Source: Amoebidium appalachense (lineage: Eukaryota; Protista; Ichthyosporea). From it: a stretch of 64,000 bases of DNA. The stretch lies in NCBI GenBank assembly GCA_963693365.1, contig CAVNZM010000004.1, forward strand, positions 5,272,564-5,336,563, in the 5' to 3' direction. The translations under genes and the position numbers were made by a program. Shown in pieces: positions 1 to 19,825 of this stretch; the first letter of the stretch is position 1; each line of letters starts with the position of its first letter. The notes under the pieces were generated by a model. It had not been told where the DNA came from. It worked only from the letters and a program-made list of their open reading frames with translations, and did no database searches.

Positions 1-48
<48 letters not shown>

Positions 49-813
49 CGATACAAGTAAAGGATCATGTGCCAGAAAAGAACGCATGTGCATATCATGC
101 AGTCGTAATAATTTAGGTAAAGATGCCAGGTTGATTGGGTGATGAATTCAGGCTGAGCGCCTTAGTAAGCAGTGCTGCTCTCGTTTTAAATTTGATTGAA
201 ATAAACATTTTTATTTTTTTTTGCCTGATTTATTGAAGTTCTGATTCTGACTGGACATGGCAAAGACTTACCGTAATTTTTTTAGCATTAGGCGCGAATT
301 CGAATTATAGTATTCCTTCCACGCTCAACCTGGGCAGTATATGTAAGCTTTGATCTTTCGTGTGCACGTGCACGTAAAAAAAACAACCAATCGGTTGCCG
401 ATTTAAATTTTAAGATTGACAGTCGACTCAATGTGCCTCGTGCGCAATACCCAGCCCCCCCCCCCTTCCCCCCCCCCCCCCCCCCCCCCCCCCCCAAAAA
501 AAAGGGTAGGTCATAGCAGCGTGTGTCATGATATCAAAAGCACGTGTTTATCGCACAATCTTTGATCGATTGTATGCATAATTATGTAAGCACATAAATG
601 TACACACAGAAAGACACTGGGTTGGCGACTGAATGTTTAAATAGGTTTGGCGTATACGTAGCACATGCATCACGGTGGGTTCTCGTTCGGAATTAGACAT
701 TTCTTGATTTATAAATGTGCAGGCCTAGAGCAAAGTCCACACCGGACACTCCGCGGAGTGTGTACGTACCATGGCACATGTGTGTGTGTGTGTGTGTGTG
801 TGTGCACGTGTGC

Positions 814-895
<82 letters not shown>

Positions 896-1007
896 ACATG
901 TGTGTGTGTGTGTGTGTGTGTGTGCACGTGTGTGTGTGTGTATGTGTGTGTGTGTGTGCACGTGTGTGTGTGTGTGTGTGCACGTGTGTGTGCACGCGTG
1001 TGTGTGT

Positions 1008-1047
<40 letters not shown>

Positions 1048-1099
1048 ACGCGCGTGTGTGTGTGTGTGCACGCGCGTGTGCACGCGTGTGTGTGTGTGT

Positions 1100-1139
<40 letters not shown>

Positions 1140-1195
1140 ATGTGTGTGTGTGTGTGTGTGTGTGCACGCGCGCGCGCGTGTGTGTGTGTGTGTGT

Positions 1196-1243
<48 letters not shown>

Positions 1244-1244
1244 A

Positions 1245-1322
<78 letters not shown>

Positions 1323-1433
1323 GGATTGGGTGGAGGGGGAGGGGGGGGGGGGGGGGGAGGGGGAGGGGGCCCGATTGTGTGTGTGTGTGTGTGTGTGTAC
1401 ACGTGTGTGTGTGTGTGTTGGATTGGGTGGGGG

Positions 1434-1471
<38 letters not shown>

Positions 1472-1724
1472 CTGAGGTGAAAGATCAATGCACAAAGCTT
1501 CACAAAAAAAAGTCACATAATACGGTACCCGAGACCCCTAACTTTCCCCATGAAAAAGAAGTAGCTAGGGGGGGGGATTAGCAGGCGTCAACAAAATAAA
1601 AAGCCTTCGCTTTAGTAAGCACAAGAACGATGCATCATGATTAAAGCAGGGCCACCCAGTCCGGGGAAGGGGCAAAGGGGGGGGGGGGGGGGGAGAGAAG
1701 AAAGGGGGGGGGGGGGGGGGGGGG

Positions 1725-1906
1725 TTGAATGCGGAACACGGTACGGAGTACGCATACACGAAGGACACATGCAAAGGCAAACATTCAAGTATGCAACATC
1801 AGCCATACGCACAGTATGCGTCATAAGCAGAGCCCATCCTCAGGGAGGGCCCAAGTCATCATTAATTGCGTCTGAGTTTCGACCCCTTAGCCTGCGTATA
1901 TACGAC
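1725..1906 (+). repeat. Interspersed G-tract-flanked repeat family, long copy A1
   Basis: ttgaatgcggaacacggtacg...aagcagagcccatcctcagggagggcccaagtcatc...cctgcgtatatacgac is nearly identical to 2163-2304 and 8243-8442; preceded by a poly-G run. Confidence 0.9.
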
Positions 1907-2162
1907 TCTCCAACTCAGACAGCAGCATCAACTGAACTTGGGAGGGTCAACCCGTCTTGATCAAAGACGAGCAGGGTTGCTTATGCAAGCAAGGTGAGCA
2001 AAACGGTGAAGATGTGTGTGCAAACTAAAGCAGTGCAGCGAAAAATGCGTATGCGCTTACAGATGCACGACACAGAGCAACCATGCCCGGTTGCATGGAA
2101 GTAAAGCGGTCTCCACACAGTGGTCTGTCCTGAAAGGACACCTCCGAAAGAAGACTGGGGGG

Positions 2163-2301
2163 GTTTGAATGCGGAACACGGTACGAAGTACGCATACACG
2201 AAGGACACATGCAAAGGCAAACATTCAAGTATGCAACATCAGCCATACGCACAGTATGCGTCATAAGCAGAGCCCATCCTCAGGGAGGGCCCAAGTCATC
2301 A

Positions 2302-2304
<3 letters not shown>
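2163..2304 (+). repeat. Same repeat family, copy A2 (3'-truncated into poly-G)
   Basis: Near-identical to 1725-1865; ends gtcatcaatt followed by a long G run. Confidence 0.9.
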
Positions 2305-2350
<46 letters not shown>

Positions 2351-3107
2351 TTCAATGCAACTATGCAGCACGCAGGTCTGCTCTGGGTACGAAAACCATT
2401 CATGGTGGCCGACCTAAGGCCTACGGAGGGCACACGCCATAGGCATATGCTTAGCTAGCAGTATCTAATATAATTAGCCCAAGTAATACAGAGGTAAAAA
2501 AAAAAGGGAATGGATGGCATGGTAAGGTAAAATTTTGGCCCAATCATTAACTTAAGAGGCGAGTACTATACGGATTCGGTATGGCATTTGCCGTGCATAC
2601 GCAGAAGCTGGCGCCAGACCCTTATGTTGTACCGAGATAGCTGGGTCCCCGACCCTGCAAATAGCTTTATTTTGTAGGTATAATAGGTCCCTTTGCACCC
2701 TGCCTATCCATATGTGAAGCTTTTTTTTTCTAGTTTCATCACCCAAGATTGAACATACCACCTATGTTAACTCCACTTACAGTATGCATATTTTTTGGAG
2801 CAAATTAAGGGACTCCATGCCAATTTTGGCACTTCCGCCTTTTAACTGTGCGCGCACACTACAGGCTGCATATTTTGTCACCAGCTCTATACAAGAACTT
2901 TTTTGTGATGTCCGCATCTCCATTTTAAACGATCACACCATTTCTAGCAGGAAAATTACAATCACACATAAGCTACCGCTAAAAGCACCACCGTTAAACT
3001 TTGCGCCCCCAACCTACCATATACACTGACGCACTATACAGCAGCGCTAACCCTCAATTTTACCAAATATAGTAAGATCCACGAGTGTTATAGTTGGTGG
3101 CTTTGCT

Positions 3108-9649
<6,542 letters not shown>

Positions 9650-10860
9650 CTTCCCCTGCTTATATCTTTTCCTCTTGCCACACCGTTCAAAACACAGAAA
9701 TCCACCCCGCCTTTGCACACACTGCACGCGCGCCATGCGGGCTGCTAAAATCGAAGCCAACAGGAATTTCCAAAACGGGCAAGAGAGTTTCGAGCCCCGG
9801 AATTCCAGCCCTACCAAATTCCAAGGCTCCAAGAAGTCGAACGAGAGCGTTCAGTTTAGAGTAAAGACTCTAGAACTACGTCCAAATGAATAAGGTAAAA
9901 GAGAAAGATGTGAAAAAATACACAGGATCCTGTTTACATAATAATTGATAATAATTGAATAATTGATTACTGTATAACTATATGTGATTGTACATGAAAG
10001 GCAGCCTACGCACGCCGCAGCCCGCAGGGATCTGGGATCCAATCGAAATTCGAATGCAATACAATATCATTGGATGAACAGGTTTTGGAAAGCACAAAAC
10101 CTGATCATAAACGAATGGAATCGAAGCAATGCTGCTGAAAACTAAAGCATTGAAATGTACTTCAACAACTGGGTTGCGCAGTTATAGATGACCTATATAT
10201 GCTTAAGAACACAAGCAGAAATGTAAAGGTACACTAGAGACACTACAAAGTTTAAATGAAAGAGGCCATAACAAGTAGTTTAAACCGTTTACGTCGATGC
10301 TCTTGGTGACTACTTTTACCAGGTTCCAGATTCATACACTAAGATGAAAATGATTGGTGGTTGTATCCAGCTTTCCACCGAGCCACAGTACCTTTTGATT
10401 GGCGTACTAATTTTTTTGTCGTTCACGGATTGGCTTACTGAAAGCCAAAAATATTGACGGCGAGAGCCCAAACAAACCTGAAGCCAAAGTGCAGTTGCTA
10501 AGCTCAGTCACTCTTAGTCAGGACCTGTCTCTGACACGTACACTGATGTTTCGAGTACACCAACGGTAGAGAGGCTGCAGAAGGATAGTGTGTGAAGTAG
10601 TGGCCACGAAGCGGTGGCACATATACATGTACATACACCTAGCAAAGATCTTTACCTAACTTTGTACGAACGATCCTACACCGACCATTAGCTAGCCTAC
10701 CACAAAACAACCGTTGAACTGACTATCACCACCCCGAGGTATAGCTCAATACTGCCGAAGAACAGACAGCCAATATAGCTAGGGAACCCACGAGAGCAAT
10801 TCGTTTCACGTCGTGGGGCTGTCACGTGCACACGGTGGTGGTTTAAACTCAGCAACGAAA

Positions 10861-13569
10861 ATGGCAAACACAGCGTCGTTGGCCATAGTCGACCTGCAGC
10901 AGTTGGTGGAAATCGACGGCCTCTCCCTGACAGTTGCAAAATACATCTCCGTTCGCGTGGGTAAAGAGGTTTCACGCACCGATATACACGTAGGACCAAC
11001 GGGGGAATGGAACGCAACTGTTGTGATTCCTGTGCGTGCAAACCATGTTTCGGATGACATGGTGTTCAAACTAAAACAGGCAAAGACGACAGGGCGCAGC
11101 ACGCCGGCTGACGCCACCCCGTCCGGGAGTGTCAGGGAGCTGGGTAGGGGTAGCATCCCTGTTGTGGCCATCCCAAGAACAGAGGCATTGCAGGTGGGTT
11201 ACGCTGTTTTGTGCAATGGCTTTGTGTTACTCCGTCTCCCCACCCCCCCCTCTCCTCCCGCCCACCTTCTTTTTCTTCTATTTTTTCTTCCTCTTTTAAA
11301 CCTGCTTTGTCCCCAGATAAACCCGTAAGGGCTCCCTTGCAGGAACTACCGTCTTCCACTAAGCACCGAATCTACCTTAGCTAAGGTGACACTGGATAGT
11401 ATGCATTTTCTGTCTTTTATAGTAAAAACACACGTGGAACATTTCGAGCACTAGTTTGCTGTAAAAGGGCCGCGGACACTGGTCCCGTAGACAAGCATCG
11501 GCTGAAAGATTGACCGTCACTCGTGTAATCGATGGGGATTACTTAGTTTGTAATAGTGTGTAATTACGGTAGGTATTTTGGGTAAGAGTAGTTAGCACTC
11601 TTCCAGTCGTAAATGATAATACAATCCACTGTTACACTTAGAGGCACTTATTGAGCAGCCTGGCATCTTAGTCCCTCGTTTCAGCCTTTCTTTTGGTCAC
11701 ATAGTATTACCCTCTGAACAAAACCCCTGTTCCACGTGCACTCCGATATTTTGTGGACAACGATAAAACCACTGACACTCAACCTTACCAGGTGTGTGTT
11801 CCGCTTGTGAGCCCTGCCGGCCAGACCATCTGCAAGCTGCAAGCAAGCATCCGGGTCACAGACAACGAGAACGTAGGCAAGCACCATCTTGTTGCCCGCG
11901 CCTCCCTCTACGGCCTTTTCCGAACGGGGGAGTGGGTCTCTTCCCAACTCCCCTGCGGCAACACCACCCCCCACCTCCACCGTTTTCTTTCCTTCCAACG
12001 GTGAAATTCCGGGGGGTACCACTGGGTCTAAGGGGTCCATTGCTATTACCGCAGCCACCCGTGGCCCGCTTTCATCGTGTTCGGATGGCTCGTCAGACCG
12101 CGAACCCCAAAATTTCAAAGCGGGAAACAGGTCAGCGGACACCCTTCCAGGATCCCCTCTGGGAAGTCCCAAAACCCGTCGGGGGTTGATCCCAAAGGCA
12201 TCCCTTCCAATGATGTTGTTCCGTCGCTCCGAGCGTCCGCGCAGCGAAAGCAACTCTGCGGCTTCCCGAAGCAAAACGGAAGATGTTAGTGCCGTTGATC
12301 AACAAGAAACGAACACCGGCGCAGAGGGAGGGGAAACCCCGTCATCCCCCCTCACGCCTAATACCAAACGGCGCATGTCTGCTTTTTCCATGGGGCTTGG
12401 TGCTGTAATGTCTGCAATGACACCCCCCGGGTCCCACAGTGCGAGCGCCGCCCGCCGCACGGCCCAGGCAAGAGCGAGATCAGCGTCTGCGGGCCAAAAA
12501 CCAACCAACGGGGAGAGTTTGGGGGAGAGCGGAGCTATACCGAGCTCTCCGTCGCGGATTGAGAAACTTGAAGGTGAAATTTTGAGATTGAAATTGGAGA
12601 GGGAGAGGTTGGAAATGCGGGAGAAGGAGATGACGGGTGTGCTTAATGACTCGATCACTACGTTTGAGTGCATCGGCCTGGGAAGCAACGAGAGCACGAA
12701 CGGTAAACCAAAAACCAACGCGTGGACGATTGAATTTTCGTCCGAGGAGAAGAAATTAGGAAACGCTCTTCCTATTGTTACCTCCCAACCTGCCGCCGTG
12801 GTTGGGATGGGGAGACGTGGGGGTGCGGGGGGGCCTGGTGATACGATGGATTTCCCGGAGAGGTTTGAGTTGAGCGAGACGCTGGCGCCTGGATTTTTGA
12901 CGGAGTTTTTTGGGTGCATGGAGAGCCTGCCGAGGTGCCTGGCTGCGTGCTTCGTGCCGTGCGTTGTTACGGCGTACACACAGGTATGTTGGTGTGTGTT
13001 TGATTTCGTTTGTGTGTGTGTGTGCACAGGGTGCTTTGGATATCTGCTTTGGTGTGTGGAGGGATGTGTGTTGTGTGTGTGTGTAAGGTGGAGAGGGGAT
13101 GGTGGAAGGCCTGTTGCAGAGATCAGGGGAATGTGTGTGGGAAGGCGTGCGCCCATGGCAAAGGGGAGGGGAAGGGGAAATGGGGGGAGGGGGGGGGGAA
13201 GGGGAAGGGCTGTAGTTTATGTGAATCGGTTGAGTCTGTTTGTATTCGGGTACTGGTCTGTGTGAGCGTGTGTGTGTGTGTGTGTACATGCAAGTGTGCC
13301 TTTGTGAGTGTGAGCAGTGAATGTGCACACCAGAAAGGTGCAGTGTGTTCGATGTTTGACCGTGCTTGATGCCTTCACACGTGCATCGATTAGCGACCTT
13401 GTCACTGATGATTTACAAGAGAATGTGTGTTATCTAATGAAGGCCTCTAATCAATTCTACTACGCAAAGAATGAATATTCCTAATCGGTTAGACTCAGAA
13501 GGGGAGAGTGGAGGGTAGGTGGCGCGGGGGCGAGAGTGTCTGTTTGGGAGGAGGGGGAGATTGGGTGGG

Positions 13570-13611
<42 letters not shown>

Positions 13612-13946
13612 TAACGACAGCACTACAGGTCTGCAAGGGCACCGGCATGGGATGGGGGATTGGGGAAAGTAGAGATGGGAGAAAGGGGAGGGGGGGGGGG
13701 GGGGGGGGGTAATGTAGCTGTCACTGACTCACTGACGTTCTACAGGCTGCGGTTGATGGGCGGGAATGCCAAACGTGCGATGTGTGCTGGACAAATGCGT
13801 ACAGTACACGGCAGGGGGTGAGAGCAAAGTACGACATGGGATTTGCAGAGGGGAAGGACTGCTGTCTGTGTATTGGGTGCCACCCGTGCTTGGTTTCACA
13901 GACGGCGAGGGAGGTCACTGTACGCACACAGTTGGGCGCGCAGTGA
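10861..13946 (+). CDS. C2-like domain + low-complexity/coiled-coil + PLAC8 (Cys-rich DUF614) protein
   Basis: Exon 10861-11193 (YISVRVG...RT...EWN...VFKL...ELGRGSIPV, C2-like). Exon from 11792 (VCVPLVSPAGQTICKLQASIRV; junction to the next frame unresolved). Long frame to 12983 ending FFGCMESLPRCLAACFVPCVV. Last exon 13746-13946 RQGVRAKY...DCCLCIGCHPCLVSQTARE, TGA (PLAC8 signature). Confidence 0.8.
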
Positions 13947-15539
13947 GTTTCGTCTCCCCTCTGGTTCATTTTTGAGCTTTTCTTTTTTAACAAACACTTT
14001 ATTTCTAGTTAAAAAAGAAAGGCGGGGAAGTCCCGCGGTGGGGATAGGTTGGGATTGTTGTTTTGCATGCAACGAGATTATTATGTGTGTGTATGTGTGT
14101 GGGTGTTTGAAGATGGGCTAACAGATTCAGACCCGGTTCTATTAGAGTACTCGTGCTATGCTTTCCAAAATAGGGGTACTGCCGGGATACGATAAGTTTT
14201 TTCCATCAGATAGTAGTCAGATATTGTGATATAACGAGATACTAGTAAGTTTTGATTATCGGATATTTTTGATATAGACTTCTTTGATGGACTTCTCAAT
14301 CACCTCTCATTGGTTTCAAAGTTTAAGTTGCGCATTATAGTTATTATCAGGCTAGTTCATCCGTTTGACTTGTATATATTAATCTTTGGATATCTAGGCG
14401 AAAATTAGGCATATCACGGCCACTGTCCCTGCTCCCTCCCTGCGGTCTCTGTGGTGGCACACTGGATGTCTGCCACACATTCTGCAATTTGATGGTTGAG
14501 TTTTGCGCAGGCACACATGATTAATGCAACTCTGTGACATATATTACTTTATTTATTCCGAGTCATGTGTTCTTTATGATAAATAGAAGTCTACTCTCCG
14601 TATTTCAATAAAGCGTTCAGTTTATCAATTAACATCATGATGCTTTTGAGTCCCGGAATATGATGGTGAAAAAACACATCTTTGCAAAATTTAACACACA
14701 CCCCCTCCCCCCGGCCCCCCCCCTCCTCCTCCGGCACCCCACCGCACCCCCACCACTTCCCCTTCCATTGTTCCCCCAGCTAGGAACTGAATTCCAAGTG
14801 TGTAAACCTCCCCTCCCCCCCCCCCCACCACCACCACCACCACCACCAACACTTCCTCGAGCACCCACACAGCCACGCTGAGGGAGAGGGTGGGTGGGTG
14901 CTAACAAGAGTGTTGATAAAAGAAGTGCCAGGCTTCGACTACTAAAGAATCCGCTTTTTAGGTTACTCGGGTATCAAACCATCATAATGGTTATTTCCCC
15001 CCCCCCCTCCACCCCCCCCCCCCCCCCCCCCCCCCCCTCCCCCCACCCACCCCCCTTTCCCCCGTCTTTGGGTCCGGTGTGCACGTGTGAGGGGGTTGGA
15101 GTCATGTGTACGTGTGTTCAGTCTGAGGGTACCGGTGAGAAGTGTGCCAATCATGGAGAGGGAGCAGGAGTGTGTGTGTGTGTTTGTGTTTGCGTGTTTC
15201 CACCCGGAGGTGTGTGTGTGTGTGTGTGTTGGGGGGGGGGGGGGGGGGGGGGGGTGGGCTGGGGAACTCCGGGGGGGGGGGGGGGGGGGGGGGGAGGGGG
15301 GAGGGGGGAGGGGGGGGGGGGGGGGCGTTCTGAGTAACCAAAAAAATAGTCAAGTCACACTGTAAGTTATCATCATGAATTCACGGTATTTAACTTAAAT
15401 TTTACCTTCAAGGTTTTTTCCTGCGAGTTTTTCAGTTAATTTCATGGAAGATTCTTAAAAGTTTCTTTTTGCTTGTTAGAATTCTGGTATAACCCAACAA
15501 AAAAAAAAATTCAGTTAGCTGCCCCCCCCCCCCCCCCCC

Positions 15540-15583
<44 letters not shown>

Positions 15584-15740
15584 ATGGTTACTGTGGGAAC
15601 TTCGGGGCGTCCCCCCCCCCCCCCCCCCCCCCCCGTCCCCCCGTCAGAGTACTGGTCCCGTCTTTTAAATATTTGCCATCTGATAGGTGAAATAGAGGGG
15701 GGGGAAGGGGGGCCTGGGGGGGGGGGGGGGGGGGGGGGCT

Positions 15741-15773
<33 letters not shown>

Positions 15774-16269
15774 AACACACATACTGACATATTTCACCTA
15801 CGGCAACGTGTTGTGCCAGTAATATATTCAAAAGGGCTGGTCCCTACATCACAACATTCTTGAAGCCCTTTTTGCAGGCTTGTGCATGTTTTGTTTCTGA
15901 TTTGGGCCCGCGCCTAGCGGGCGCCCAGACCTACTTGTACGTGTTAGAAAGAGCTGATCACGGAAACGTCGGGTGTAGCGGCGTGACGTCAGTAACAGCT
16001 GCAGCCTGGTGACTTGGCGCCAAAATCAAAAGTCCCAGATTTTTTTTTTTTTGTTTTGTACTGGCAAACGCCTTTTCCTGTCAAAGAACTTTCCAAGCTT
16101 AAGCCAGTGCAGTTTCAATTTTCTGTCAGAAACTTAGTTTCCGTTCTCGAAAGTGCTTGTAGCAATCTGTTGCGGACAATAACGCGACAGGCATGCGTCT
16201 GCTACCGCAAGCCGCAGAGTTCTTGTAGTAAGGGCTCAAGGAAGGGGAAGGAAAAGGAGAAGAAAACAC

Positions 16270-17513
16270 ATGGGGCCTGTCGACATGGATCCCCAACATG
16301 CCGCCTGTGAGGTGGATATGGATGAACTGAGAGAATATTTTCTGAAGACACCGCGCAGTAAACGAGAAGAGCTCATTAGGGCCATCCTGGGCCCCAACCC
16401 AACATCGGAGGAAATGAGCAACATGAGAAGATTATTCGATGCGCTCACCGTTGGCAGCGAGGATGGGGTGGAGGGGGAGGAGGGAGAGGAGAAGGCGCGG
16501 TGGTATCCGAACAAGGAAGAGGTTCTGCAAGATCACATGAAGTCGATGGAAAACTGTGCAAGGTAGATGCAGTGGTGGGGGTAAAGTGAGTGGGCAATAA
16601 TTACTCGCTGTAGAGCTTCTTCTTCCCTCCCTTTTTTTCCACCATGCTCATTCTCCATTACTTCTCAACCTGTTAGCCCCCCCCCCCCCCCACCCCTTCC
16701 CCCGCCCTCCCTCCCCCCCCTCCCCCCTTCCAAAATAAAAAAGAAAAGAAAAAAAAAAGAAAAAAGAAAAGAGGGCCAAAAAAAAAAGGAAACCCCTGTC
16801 GCATGCACAATCAATTGCACGTGTGCACACACACCAATTCTTTGATTCATTCTTTGATTCTTTCATTGATTCATTCTTTGATTCATTCTTTGATTCTTTC
16901 ATTGATTCGTTCATCGATCCATCCGTGGTGGCACATACCCACATATGTGCACGGACTGTAGTGACTTTTACATCGTGACGGTCACATGTACCCTTGCACA
17001 CACAAGAACACATGCCACCCATACACCCAGGCACCATGCACGCACACCTGCTCCACACCTTTCCCCCCCCCCCCCCCTCCCCCCGCTCCCCCCTCTCTCC
17101 CCACCCAACTGCTCCCTCCCCACACGCCCTTCTTCCTGCCAGCAAGAGTCGCATGCGTCTGGGCGCGTAGGTGTGAGGCTTCATGTGTGGTTGGGTGGAT
17201 GAATTAATTTGGCGCTTTATGCGCCGTCCCTTCCGCCATTGGCACTAACAGTTTGCCCCTTTCACCCATCTCTCTTCAAACCACCCACCCACCCACCCAC
17301 CCACCCACCTATCCATACTCCAATCCATTTTCACAACCCACAGCCCATGTTCACAACCTCCTCTTTCGGCCCTCCAGTCCATCACCCTTTCCTTTGTCTT
17401 TCATCCCCTCCCCCCCCCCCCCCCCCCCCCCCACCCTCCCCCCTCTTACCCCCCCCCCCCCCCCCCAAAAAAAAAAATGCTCCGGTCCATTTCTCCTCCT
17501 GCTTTCTCCCCCC

Positions 17514-17544
<31 letters not shown>

Positions 17545-17747
17545 GGGCACATGCATACCGACAGCTTACAGGAGAGAAGGAAGGGGCAGTGAACACTGGC
17601 ATACCAGCTCCGTGTTTGCTGTTTGGCGATTGGTTGGATCTGTATGCAGGTATGTGTGTGGCAGGTGTGGGTTTTTAATGTTTTGAATGTTTAAATTGTA
17701 TGTAAATGTTCGCGGGATTTTTCTTCTTAAACCCTCTACATCCCCCC

Positions 17748-17782
<35 letters not shown>

Positions 17783-18251
17783 AAAGAAAAAACCCCCACC
17801 TTTTCCCATTTACATTTTGATGTAGATATGTCGTTTCATCTTTGCAACTTTGGCACTAGCCAACCGTCGATATATCTGCAAAATATCAATCTTTAATGTT
17901 TTGTAGCTACGGTGTGATTTGCTTTTCCTAGAAGGGGTTTTTGATTGGCATGCCGGGGTCTGCACCTTTGTCTGCATCTTGCTATCACCAAGGATGTAGT
18001 TATATACGGAGCACACACACGAGGTCGTGGGCATAACACCGAAGTGTGGCTCTCTAGTACCGGGACGAACCCGCATTACTAACACTAGCACTCACTTGCC
18101 CACACATCCACACACACATCTAGATACGCTCGTGCACACACACACACACACACACACACACGCAGGCGCACGCATACGCACACGCACATGCATGCACCAA
18201 TGCGCACCGTGACACACTCACACATGCACATGCACATGCACACACACACAC

Positions 18252-18287
<36 letters not shown>

Positions 18288-18918
18288 GCACACACATGCA
18301 CACACATGCATACATGCACTCACTCACACATGCGCACCAAAAAGGCGCACACATACACACTGAACCGTTACGCACGCACGTGGATGCCACCCGTACCCAC
18401 ACCACATACCCCCATCCCCCTCCCCCCACCCCACCCCCCCCCCACACACACAGCACATACACACAGGCATGAACAAACACACACACACAACCACACACAC
18501 ATGCACACACACACAGACACACATCCACACCACACCCACTTCCCTCCCCCCCCCCTCCCCCCCCCTTCCCGCCCCGTCCCCATCCCCCGCCAACACCCAC
18601 CCACCCACCCACCCATCCACCCCCCCCCCCCCCCCCCACCCGCCAGCACGGCCTTTCCCACTGCTCTTGCCTGTTGCCTGTTCGCATAGTAACTACTCTC
18701 GTCTCTGATCGAGATGGGTGTAAGTGAAACAGTTTCAGAGTTGGGTTTCGTTGACGAGGTGGTTGGGTCGAAACTCGGGTGCTGTGGATGACGTGGCCGG
18801 GTGGCCCCCACCTGAGGATGGGCTCTGCTTGTTATGCATACTCTTTATGTGTGGTTTGGATTGTGCATCGTGTTGTCTGTTGTCTATGTGTACTTCGTAC
18901 TTTATAGCGCAATCAAAC

Positions 18919-18949
<31 letters not shown>

Positions 18950-19254
18950 CCCTTCCTCCACCCCCCAACACACACACACACCGCACATGCACTCAAACAC
19001 CCACAACCTTGACACCCACCCTTTCCTTACCCCCCTCCCTACCCACTCCGTGTTCGTACACCCCTTCCTCCCCACTCTTTACCATATCCACCATAATTGT
19101 CCTTTTCCTGTTCCCCCGTATTTTCTTTCTCCCCCCATTTTGGCTGCACGCTTTTTCATGCCTTTTCTCCCTACATCCCTCCCACCTCGCTCACCTGCTT
19201 CCTCCCCCCCCAAAATCCCCTCATTCCCCAACCCTCCTGCTCGTTCCTCTCTCC

Positions 19255-19326
<72 letters not shown>

Positions 19327-19515
19327 CGCACACACGCACACACACACACACGCACCACCACCACCACCACCACCACCACCACCACCACCACCACATCACC
19401 CCTTACCCCTACTGCCCACCCACAGACCATGCATCTTGCACATCCGCCCCCACATCCCACCCCACCCCACACACCGCGTAACCCTACGTCGGCCCACCCA
19501 ACGTCAATCCAAATG

Positions 19516-19566
<51 letters not shown>

Positions 19567-19611
19567 CGCCTGCCCACTCACCCCGTCACATACACACCGT
19601 CTTTAACTCCG

Positions 19612-19686
<75 letters not shown>

Positions 19687-19708
19687 AACACAAACACAAA
19701 CAAACACA

Positions 19709-19771
<63 letters not shown>

Positions 19772-19790
19772 GCGCACGCACACACACATG

Positions 19791-19825
<35 letters not shown>

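Noticed and set aside
262-300. Minus-strand GTAAGT donor or a pogo-like TIR (taccgtaatttt)
   Set aside because: No partner TIR or credible upstream exon found.
665-1581. Long CVCVCV / HTHTHT / poly-G / poly-P ORFs here and throughout (e.g. 18724-20289, 39705-40892, 61710-62923)
   Set aside because: Stop-free translations of (GT)n/(CA)n and homopolymer tracts, mostly inside introns of identified genes.
12299-13156. 285-aa minus-strand ORF
   Set aside because: Antisense shadow of the C2-PLAC8 exon.
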